DNA of 44,834 nt from Intoshia linei (taxonomy: Eukaryota; Animalia; Orthonectida). The notes beneath the pieces were generated by a model. The model was not told where the DNA came from and did not search any database. It saw nothing but the letters and a program-made list of their open reading frames with translations. Shown in pieces: positions 1-11,000 of the stretch. The translations under genes and the position numbers were made by a program. The first letter of the stretch is position 1. The number at the start of each line of letters is the position of its first letter. The DNA lies in the NCBI GenBank assembly GCA_001642005.1, contig LWCA01000169.1, positions 1-44,834 of the forward strand. Reading direction: 5' to 3'.

Positions 1-111
1 AAAATTTAATATTTTTACTGACAAACTATTTAAAATACTGACACTTTACGGATTAAAATACTGACGCTATAAATACAAGCCCTTTAATGATATTCATGAT
101 TGTCAGTACTA

Positions 112-3100
112 CCTTATTTCTCCAAAAACGGAACCTTGTTCAAGTGTACCCAGCAAATGTCCTTTGTCGTCTAATACATCACACCTCCCGTATGCTATTA
201 TGTACATTTCGTTGCCGATTTCTCCCTTTTTACAAATTATATCACCTGGAGTGAAAACTGTTGATTTGAAGTATTTCATCAAATTCAATATCAGGGACAT
301 TTCACTTTTCTAATTGGTTAATAATAATATGATAATAATTTACTTCAAATAACGAAATATTTTGGATTGTCTCATAATTAACAGCAATTAATACAGTCAC
401 TTTTAAATTTTCTTGTAAAGTATCCAGATATACAAACTCGTCTAAAATTAATCATTTGTTAAAAAGTTAAAATTAGTTGCTAATATTTAATTTTCTACAT
501 GGGTTCTCAACCTTTTTAAAAGGATCACACTTTTTCTTCTGACAGTATTCATGATTCAGTGAACCCATATAATAATAGTGTAATAATAATTAAAGGCCAC
601 ATAATTGACACCCCTGATATAATTGCAATCTGTAAAGCAGGGAATAAACAATTAATAAATAACGATTCATCTTTAATTTTGTCTGAATTTCTAAATTTTA
701 GAGCAGTGGTTCCCGATTAGGGGTTCTTAAACCCCCTGGGGGTCAAAAACTATATTCTTTGGAAAAGTAGCGGATCTAGGTGGGTGAGGCGGCGATATTG
801 GTGTTTTAAAAGTCTACACATTTTACTCTCGTAAATAAAATGGCACAAACAAAATTAAAATTAAAAAACTGGAACATTCCTTAAAATGTGGTACAAAAAA
901 AAATTTCCTAAAACCCTCTAGAAAATATGATAACAAAAATCCCTAAAACTCTCTTAAAAAGATTATAAAAGTTTTTTTATTCTGAAGACGTCACTTTGTT
1001 AGATCAAAATTTTTTGTAATATCTGGAGATAATGAACTGTAATTTTTTTTAAAATTCTGGAACTATTTTCATTCTTTAAAAAAAGGGTCATTTTGGATTT
1101 TGAGACTGAATACATAACTTTTTGAAATTTAAATTTATGACATTTGTTTTTTAAACTATAGAACCCGTTTGATTTTCAAAGAAAGGATAATTAGAGTTTT
1201 TGGCTGGTAAGATATAAGTTTCTGAGATTAAAATTAATCTTAATTTCACCACCGGAAACAACTTTAATAGAAATATGTAATTTTTTAAACTCTAAGACCC
1301 TTAGTTCTTGAAATAAACGATAACTGACAGCTAGACAAACAAAGAGTTTAATATAAGTTAGGATATTATATTTTACTAGGTGGACTGTTATGTACTACGT
1401 ACAAACAGGACCTACCTCTGCAGAGGGCACATTTTTATTATACTTAAAAAATAAATTCACGTTGAAAATCTAATTTAAAAATCCTACTATTCACTATTAT
1501 CAATCCTTTAAAGGAGTGGTTCCCAAATTTGTGTCAGATGGACCATCATATCACATTACTTTTTACTTTAAAGTGAATTATTCCATCTTAATTTTTTGTT
1601 TGTTAACATTTAAAAATAAAGTAAAAACATTTCAATCCTAAAAATTGCTTTTCAAAAAGAGGGACAACTGGGGTTTTTAATCCGCAAGATGTGAGTTTGG
1701 GAGGTTGAAATTATGTTTGCGAACACCCCGGAAAAAACTGTAATTGAAATCTGGACTTTATAAAATTCTAGACGGGTAGTTATTTAAATAAAGCTGGACA
1801 CACTGACACACACATAAAAATCGCGTAGCATATTATATAAGTTAGGATAAATTATTCATTTACCCCATGAGAAGCACTGATCTAAACGGGAACATTTTAT
1901 AAAAGTAAGTTTTAAAATCTTTTTTGATTTTATCAACTTTATTCATTTTTTTTAATGATTGAACCGAGCTACAATGTACTTTACCCTTAGAAGGATAAAA
2001 GACATCCAATCATATATGCCTCTGGTATGTACAATCTACACTGTGGATAGCAAAATCTGACCCAAAACGTTTAAATTCAAAATCACCTATACAATTTTGA
2101 ACAGTCCAAGTATATTTGAACCAATTATTGACTTTTCCACATAATGTATCTGATTGAACATTTTTCATGTATTTTTTCACATTATCATTGTAATAATTGA
2201 ATTGAGTCAAATTTATATTTGCAGATAAAATAATTTCTCTAACCTAATTATTTTTAAAGTCTTACAAAAAAACTTACTTGTCCAATCAAAATTGAAAATA
2301 TAATGACCCCAAACAGCCAATAAAAAGTCATTACAAGAATCTCAAAGGTAGTTTCTACTTTTCTGACGTTACCGATAGATGAAGAGGTTTTAAGAATCAT
2401 AAAAATCCCCATTATATAACTAAATGCAAGATTACATATGCAAACTACATTTAAACGGATCATTAAATCCCGAATAAGTCCAATTATTAAGACCAATTCC
2501 CTCGTACACACTGGCTTGATAATATGAAATGGTTTGTAAATGCATCAAATAAATCATGTAGAATATATTTTTAAACAGCCGGAGCAAATAAACATTGCTA
2601 AGCCGATACTCGTACAAATCAAAAAAGTTGTTGAAAGGATAAAAGTACAATATCCTATTCAACATGAAAATGGTATGATAGTGTCCAAAATGATGAAATA
2701 ATTTAATAAAATGATCAAATGGTATTATGGAAGCAAAGGCAAGCTAAATAAAAATTTATTAACAAGTTTATAAACATCAAGTGTATAAATATATTCCGAT
2801 TGGAAATCGAATTAACAGACCAATTATTGAGAAAAATATCTATAAATGTTGAAAAAATTAAAAAAGCAAAAACTAACAAACCTGAAAAATTAGTAAGTTT
2901 CTGACCAAGATTTTTTCATGAGTAGGACCAAAAAGTCTAATGTAAGCAACGATAATTGTAAAATTACTAAATTCTAATGAATCATTTTTATCACTGAAAA
3001 AATGGTAGATTTTCAAATTAAAATCTCGCTTGTCGATTTTAACATGCACTAGTCCAAATTTGTAAAACATGTAAAGTATAAATCTTCCAACATTCCCAAT

Positions 3101-5717
3101 AAATTGTAAATTGCTTGACGCCATGCTCATTTCCAATAAATTAGTATTTTTGTTAAGTTTTGGAAGTCGGTGTCGAGGACAAGGTAAAAATTTAAATATT
3201 TGAGGACACGAAAACAAAAAATTAATAATTTGAGGGACCATGAGCAATAGTAAAGTTTTTGAAAAATGTCCAATTATTGAAACGGATGAAAATAAGACCC
3301 CAGCAAAGTAACAATATGTGTCTCCGACAAATATCTTTGCGGGGTATTTGTTCATTCGGTAGAGAGGCACAGAGATAATAATGAACGGGAATGTAATCAT
3401 ATAAACAAGAATAGCATTCTCTATGGAAAATTCATTGACGATATGAGCTACCATTTCATAAATAATTATAAAAATGGCAATTATAATAGATTGACCAACT
3501 TCTATCCCATTTACTCCAGCCAAAATATTTACAGCATTTGTCGAAAATATAATAAGCATCGACATGAAAACATAGTATAAAATTCCTAGATTGCAATATA
3601 TTACAGTTGAACCCATTTACCTATATCCATATATGCCACAGTAAAAAATCTGAGAGGCCACGGTATTTTTATGGAAGTTTGATCAAATGTTATTCGGTAA
3701 ACCATCAGTAACGGAATAGAGGCAAATAATGGAAAACACATCTTGTGTTTCCATTTTAAATCCAGCACGTCATCTATGAACCCAAGAAGGGTTATGGAAG
3801 TAACCGATAATAGAATTGTCAAAAATTGAATTAGCTAAACGTTTTCAAAATAACAAATGAAATTTTAACGGTACCTCTTCAAATGGATTGCCTAAAAAGT
3901 TGTGGGCAGAATGGACAAAGTAATGGTATATTGGTATACACAAAAACAAAATTATTATGTAGTAGATTGCAGCGAATACTCCTGTTCCTTCTGATCTTGG
4001 AATAATGTTTTTAAATTTAAATTAATTTCAAAGTACATTTTTATTTTTGAAGTTTTATTCATATCAATCCCGTAAATGTTTGCATCTATCAACATTTTTG
4101 AATATGTGGGTAAGGATTTCCAAAGGTGGTAGGTTAAAATATACGTAATTGCCAATAAAATTATAAAAAAATCAATATTGTAGTCAAATATCATCTTTAA
4201 TTTTGATACAAATCTTATTGAGTTTGTTTGATAAATTTGAGAAATAAGTTTGTCGCATGCTATGGAAATCAACTTGGTTTAGAAATTAACAAAAATTCTC
4301 TAAGAAGTAGAAATTTTGAATTTACAATTTAATAACCCGGATTTACATTATGTACGTTATTTTAACACATTGGGACTCTGACACGTTTATGCGTCAAAAT
4401 TATGTTTCGAATATTTTTAAATTCGTAATTTCAAAATAGATTTATAGCCGTTTCCATGAATGGATTATTAGTACCTTTGGCTGATGTTGTAGCTAATGTA
4501 TTTGACTATCACTTTTCTAAAAACATTTTTCTCGAGTATAGTTTTGCCAACAATTAATTAAAAAATTTTTAAAATTTGAATTAAAAAAAAATACATATAT
4601 TAATAATTATTAATTAATAATATATTATTTAAATTAACAATTATTTAATTAAATTATATATTATTTAAAAATTAACTATATTACACAAAATAGTTATGAT
4701 ATTCAGAATATAATTTTTTAAATGCTCAATTTGGGTAAATGGCCCAGAGGGACCTCGGAGTAAAGTAGGTTAGGATCTGCTTGTGATACACACTAATTAT
4801 AATTAATGATTTAAAATACCTTAAATTGAAAAGATTTCAAGTATTCTTTATACAAAAACCTCACATCAGTCTATTGAGTAATTTAAATTGCATTATATTA
4901 CAAGATAAAATTGTACCTTTAAATATCCATTGAATAATTTTCTAACTGTAGGAAAAATCCAAAAAATATCAATAATGTAAATAAAATCTGTAAAAATATC
5001 AACATAAAACCAAAAATTGTCAAAAACAGAGTAATTGGTTATGAAACAATTAATGTCGGTAACATATTTAACATTTTCTACGGAAATGGCATTTGATTTG
5101 TACTTTTGTTTTGTAATTATAATATAATTGACTAAAAGTTTTTGCAGAGTAATGGCATCTTGATTAGTAAAGTTCCTTAAAATATGATCAAATAATGTTA
5201 CCGACCCGTTATTTTTTCTATAATATTTGAAAGAATCAGCCAACCCATGATAATGGCTATAAATATCTAATTTAGCTTGATCAGTGAGACCTTTCAAACT
5301 ATTCTTATTATTTGGTAAAAATGTTTCAAATAAAAAATTATAAGAACACTCTTTTTCGTTGACATTTTGGATATCATGATAATTGAATTCTGTCGCTTCA
5401 ATTCCATAAAGTCCTTCCAGTTTCTTATTGAATGAAACTATATATTTATTTTTACAATAAAAAGAATAGGAGCATGATTCAGTGAAACCCAATCTGAATG
5501 GTATAGTGAAAATCTTGTATAAGAATGCTAAGAATATGATCACACACCATATTTGATATATTATTGATTCTCGGTTTATTGATGCAATCGGAAAGTTGTC
5601 TTCAATTTTTTTTTCCTTTATTATCAATACATTTTTTAAATTTTCTTTACTAAATTCAAAATTTCGTATTGGTTCTACTTTACATTTTTTTTTAATTTTT
5701 TTTAACTTGACATGCAT
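112..5717 (-). CDS. Cyclic nucleotide-gated channel, beta-type (CNGB/TAX-2-like) subunit; multi-exon, 3' end runs off the left edge
   Basis: Exons approx 5717-4917 (S1 YQIWCVIIFLAFLYKIFTIPFRLGF; S2 WFYVDIFTDFIYIIDIF), 4870-4820 (TDVRFLYKEYLKSFQFK), 2743-2457 (S3-S5 LAFASIIPFD...YYQASVYEGIGLNNWTYSG), ~2419-2278 (pore KTSSSIGN, S6 FGVIIFSILIGQ), ~2243-2087 (C-linker), ~441-344 and ~309-112 (CNBD FTPGDIICKKGEIGNEMYII...GSVFGEI). GT-AG junctions are phase-compatible where checked. The pore lacks the alpha-subunit TIGE glutamate. Confidence 0.9.
830..1363 (-). mobile_element. Helitron-family copy, 5' part (left boundary approximate)
   Basis: Same A|TCCTAACTTATA 5' end at 1363. Internal blocks are shared with 6303-6800, 10680-11260 and 40043-40400. 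Confidence 0.6.
1376..1847 (-). mobile_element. Non-autonomous Helitron, complete copy
   Basis: Minus strand reads A|TCCTAACTTATATA...(TG)n...hairpin TGTTTGTACGTAGTACATAACA...CTAG|T, with no TSD. Similar to the copy at 31331-31748. Confidence 0.8.
2755..2760 (-). terminator. Putative polyadenylation signal AATAAA of DPAGT1
   Basis: tttatt on + at 2755-2760, 16 nt after the DPAGT1 stop and 9 nt before the host AG acceptor (2745-2744). Chance matches are common in AT-rich DNA. Confidence 0.6.
2777..4194 (-). CDS. DPAGT1: UDP-GlcNAc:dolichyl-phosphate GlcNAc-1-phosphotransferase, nested in the CNG channel intron
   Basis: ATG at 4194. Motifs GIDMNK, SEGTG, LLGFIDDVLDLKWKHK, FSTNAVNILAGVNGIEVGQS, YPAKIFVGDTYCYFAG, GHFSKTLLL, CPRHRLPK, GPTHE. 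Last exon IFFSIIGLLIRFPIGIYLYT ends in TGA at 2779-2777. Short introns. Confidence 0.96.
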
Positions 5718-6302
5718 TCTGAAACAGGAATATAAATAACTATTAAAGCATTATCAATATCGGTAAATATAAATAGGATGTGATTAATTATTTTGTGACT
5801 ACCCAATATTTAATCAATACAATTTACAATAAATTTGATATATAATTATATAAACTTGAAACGAATATATAATTAAGGAATATTAATAGTAAATATATAT
5901 CATCAACATGCACTGCAAATTACGTGTACGTATTTTAATTTAAAAGTATTTTACTAATTATATCCAACAGCCTACATGTATTTTTTATATATAAGAGGGA
6001 GTGAATAATTATTCATTATAGGCAGTTTGAATAGTAGAATTGTAAAATACAATTTCTGGAATTAATTATAATATAAATATTTAATTATATTTTGGTACAA
6101 AAGTAAAATTAATTTTTTGTTAATAACACAGTCCAACAAAAAAACAATTTTTTTAATGAAAGAGTTAAATTTAGTGCACCTTGAAGATATTTGTTTCTTA
6201 ACAAAATCAAAATTTTGTTCATATAACGTCCAGAGTTTTTTTAAAATACATCAAATTTTCGAAAAAGTGCCTAAAATAAGCATATTTGTAGGTCGTTAGA
6301 AA

Positions 6303-6800
6303 TCCTTAACTTATATAACATGGAATGTCTGTGTGTGTTACCGTATATTTAAAAAATTAACAATCGTAGAATTTAAAAAATCCAATTTCTAATACAGAAT
6401 TTCGCAGAGATATTGATATCTATTTTTCAGTTAAGAATTCGAGTCATTCAGGGTCAAAACCGCATATTACCCTTTGTTTTAAAAATTAAACATGTCCTAA
6501 AATTTTATCAACATAAATTCTGGCATACTTTTTTAAATCATAAGAATTATCATAAATAGCAACCTTAAAAAAGTGCATTTTCACGATCAAAACCCAAATT
6601 ACCCTTTTTTTAAATGAAAACAACACTAGAAATTTTAAAAAAATTACAGATGATACAGTTATATTCAGTTAACACACACAAAAAATTTCAATCAGCAAAG
6701 TGACGCCTTCACGGTTAAAAAAGCACTTTATAATAAAGTTTATTATTCATTTTTTTATTTCGAAACTATTTTAATTAAAATAAAAAATTTAAAATTATTA
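6303..6800 (+). mobile_element. Helitron-family copy with internal ~120-bp subrepeats (3' boundary approximate)
   Basis: Starts A|TCCTTAACTTATATA...TGTGTGTG. Repeated units of the form GGTCAAAAC..ATTACCCTTT..CCTAAAATTTT; shared AAAGTGACGCCTTCACGGT block. Confidence 0.65.
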
Positions 6801-8023
6801 ATGTGGTACAATTGAAAAAAGATTATTCTGATACAGCTTATTCCAGTTGATATAAATACAAAATTTAAACCTCAGAAATCTACGCATTCTTGGTGAAAAA
6901 TAACTTTTAATATAATATCAATCAATATTTTTTCTAATGTTCTACAATTTTGTTATCATCATTTTTATATTTATTACAGGGGTGCCCACACCTTTTTTAC
7001 AGCAGACCGGTAATAAATTTATCACGGATCGTTAGATTGAAATTACTGAGCAACCTTAGAAAAGATTTAATAAAAAACGTATTAAATTGACTTTTCATTT
7101 GTAAAAATAAAAATTCGGTGCACACCCCTAACAATACGACGCTGCGCCACTGATAAAAAGCAATTATTAATGTCAATTAACGAAATGCCATTAGAGTATG
7201 TATTTAAAAAACCCAGCTTGATTTTAATTTAGATCAATAACGTTTAAAGTCATATGCAGCTGCAAATCCTAGATAGTAGAGATAAGTAAAATTTTACCCT
7301 AACAAATAATATAATGAAATAAGTGGGAATTACTTTTTTTAATCTATAATATTGCAACTTGCTATTCATAGACGATAAGGATAAGAAAAAATAAAAATTG
7401 GTAATCATGTCAAATACAATAAAAAGTTATCGGCATCCATTTGATTTTGTAAATTACTTTCAGACAGCGTTAATTTTTAAATGTACTTAATTATAAAAAT
7501 TATTGCTTAATAGTGTTCTTTTTGTATTTTTAATAAAAAGAGAAACAATTAAACATTATGTTTTTACATGCCAATAACTTGACTGTTAAAATGAATTGAA
7601 ATGTCCAGACTATTTGGATATACACTTGTACTTTTTAAAAATGATAATAATTCAATTTTTATCATTTCGAAAATTATCAATTCAATTTTGACTTTAAATA
7701 CAATTGCCTAATCAATACAATTGAAAATTAACAAGTAATGTTTTAATTTTGTAATATGTAATTACTACATTGAAAAATAAATACCGACACGCACTTATTG
7801 ACATTTATACAATACATCACTGTCACTGTAAAATGTTGGTTTGACTCGGTTTGTTGCATAATGTTAATTCATTAGGGATGTTTAGTTTACTCGATACATC
7901 TCATAAATTTAATGCAATTTATTGTCTCATTAAATTTCATGTTTACAAGTTAAACTTAAATTGTTTATAAATTAATTTGTAGGAAAATTGTTTCTAAATA
8001 CATATTATCAAAATTGGTTTATA

Positions 8024-11000
8024 ATGATTACAGAAAATGATGAATATTTGGTTCAAAATTGTCACGGTATGAATTATTCTTTTTTTATATCATTTTATCA
8101 TTTTATAATTATTTTTTGTTAATAATCATTTTTAGTAATTAAAAATATGAAAAAGAAAAAATATACTAATTTTAAAGTACCTCTAAAATATCATACCGTT
8201 AATTTCAATTCCAATTTAATAAATTTCGATTTATCTAATCGGTATAGATCCAAATTTGAAAAAACCAATAGAAATAAAAAAAAATCTTCATTCGTCTCTA
8301 GAGAATTTAAAAAAAAATCTTTTAAATTTTCTAAAAACAATTTAACAAAATGTTTTAAATTTCAACCTGATTTTAAGTTGACACATGAAAATCAATTTCG
8401 TATCTATAAAAGAGGTTTAATTATTTTTTTTCGTTTTATTGTTTCTTAGATTCTGATCCAAATTTTTATGAAAATACAAGTGTTAAAAGAAATTTGAATT
8501 GTTCTGACAATTGTTATTCCGGTAATGTATCATTTATAATATCTATATTAGGATTATTAATGGGTTGGGTTCATCAATTTAAATTTAATTTCAATCAGTT
8601 AGTTTATTAATAATTATTCATTTATCCATTATCATTTATTTATTTATATCAATTTATTCGATTAAATCAAGGTACTAAGATTTAAGACTTGCATAAATAA
8701 AAACTTGCATGCTTATGAATTTGCTACACAATCAAAAATTGTGAAATATTAATAATAAAAAAAATTTTTAATTAAAATAACGTTCCCCAATTTTCCATAT
8801 AATCGGTCCGACCGGTGGGCGCAAATTTTTGTCAACACTAAGGTTTGATTTTTTTAATAATTTAAAAAATTTTAAAAATGAGACTGGTCATAAAAATTGA
8901 TTATAAACATAATTAAAAGAGAAATAATGGACACTAAAATGTATAATGAAAATTAAGATATGAGGCACTTTAAAAATATTTCAATATTCATGTTTGTAAA
9001 TTGACTTCACCGTATTTGCTTGCCAGATTCGATACGGGCCATTTCCCAGTTTATAAATAAAATTACTTCCTGTTAATTCTGTTTTTTGTTATTTCATAAT
9101 TCAAATCATTAATTTTTAGAGAACGTATACGATATGGCAATGCCGTCCATGAAAGGTTATAATAAAAATGTTCATTGTAAAAGTTTTAACTCAATTTTAT
9201 TAAAAATATATATTTCATGGAATATTTTAATATTAATCAATAATTTCAAGGTATATCAAACACTCTACCCAAAAGAATATATTATTCAAATGATAGAAAT
9301 AACCCGTCGATGGGAATGATTAAATTGAATAATGAAAAAGGCTCATTGAACGGTTCATTAATATATATTATTTAATTTGAATGTACATTGTAATTCATAA
9401 AACAATACACGGGTTGACATTTATCTGTTTCAGTTAAAAATTTTCTTGGTGTATCCACCCATACCGACCGTTAATATTTAAAAAATATTTTGTTGACTCA
9501 TACAATAGTCGTCTCATACACGGTCTACGGGGTTACAAGACTCCTGACTTTTTATTTCGCAGGTTATCGCAGATCGGCGATCTTATAAAATTTTATAAAT
9601 AAAAATATTTCATCTTTAATATTTAATAATAAATGAAAATTTTTAGTTGTGAAACATGTTGGAGGAAATGATTTAAAAAATATAAACAGATATGAAAATT
9701 TACCATTTAAAAAATATGAAAATATTCAGTAATTAAAAAATGTATATAATGTAAAATTTGTATAATTAGAAACATAAAAGCACTACGCCAAAATTCAAGG
9801 GAATCTATAAAATTACCAAATAAAAAGTTATTTATGTCGACAATAATATTTTCATTGGCAATGATTTTAATTTTTACGTTCATCTGCTTATTTGGTAATT
9901 TACAATTTATAATAATGTTAATATTGTTATGTATAGTAGCAAGTTTCATGCAAAGTAGAGGCAATTCTATACAAAATAACCTTCTCTCTACTACACCTAG
10001 CATAATCAATTATAATAATGCTAAAAACGTTACACAGGATTATTCCATCACTGGTTTTATTGAAATGTGGTCATCGGTTTTATACATTTTAAAATGCAAA
10101 AAGCTCATTAAAGTGCAAGTTGAAGCTCCATTTAATAATTTATTAATTTATGGTAAATTAAATTCAATTCCAACCATATACGATTATGATTTCATTAAAT
10201 ATGCTCGACCGAACATCAACCTTAATAATGTAAATTATCAAAATGTCGACCCTGATTTATATACAAATGATTCACACGTATTGGACATTTATCACGAAAA
10301 AAATGCTTTCTTTCTGTCAGATAATATTTGGTATCTGCGAATTTATAATGATTTTTCAACAAAAGCTAAATATCAATTCACTGTAGAAGGTGTCAATGGA
10401 AAATTAGATAAAGGTTAGATTTGTATCAAATTTCAGTTGTAAATCATTTTAAATGATTTATTGCTACATAATTTTTCAATTAATTTAATTTAATTATATC
10501 CAAATGTTAGATAATATATTTATAATGATAAGGGTTAATAACTTTTCTATTTAAGGGAGCCTTCATTATTCCGTTATTTACTCAAAAAAACTTTAGTTGT
10601 ACTGATTTTACTGATATTTACAAATCCTCCATTATTTGCCAATAATTTTTCAAAATAAGTTAAAAAAATGTGTTGATATCTGTTTGTTCCAGTTTATTTA
10701 AGAAGGTAAGAGGAATCGAGATGTAAAATTACATATTTCTATTACAGTTTTTTTAGAGTCATGTTTTATAGAAAATTTCATTTTTAGAAATTAAGCCCTT
10801 CAAGGTCAAAAACCCAATTGTCCTTTTTTTTAAATTCAAATACGTCCTAGAATTATAAAAAATACATCATTTCATTAAAAACCACATGCACAACATGGAA
10901 AAACCACAAATTAATTTTTTTGTAAAAATGAAAAAAGTCCTAAAATTTTATAAAACATAAATTCTGGAATAGTTTTTAAATCATAAACATTATCATCAAT

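Noticed and set aside
4731-4790. GC-richer patch in the CNG intron as a small RNA gene
   Set aside because: No tRNA fold or clear snoRNA box arrangement was seen; it may be promoter sequence or a TE remnant.
6445-6720. Spaced repeats as a CRISPR-like array
   Set aside because: They are degenerate tandem subrepeats inside a dispersed element, with no unique spacers or cas genes, in a eukaryotic context.
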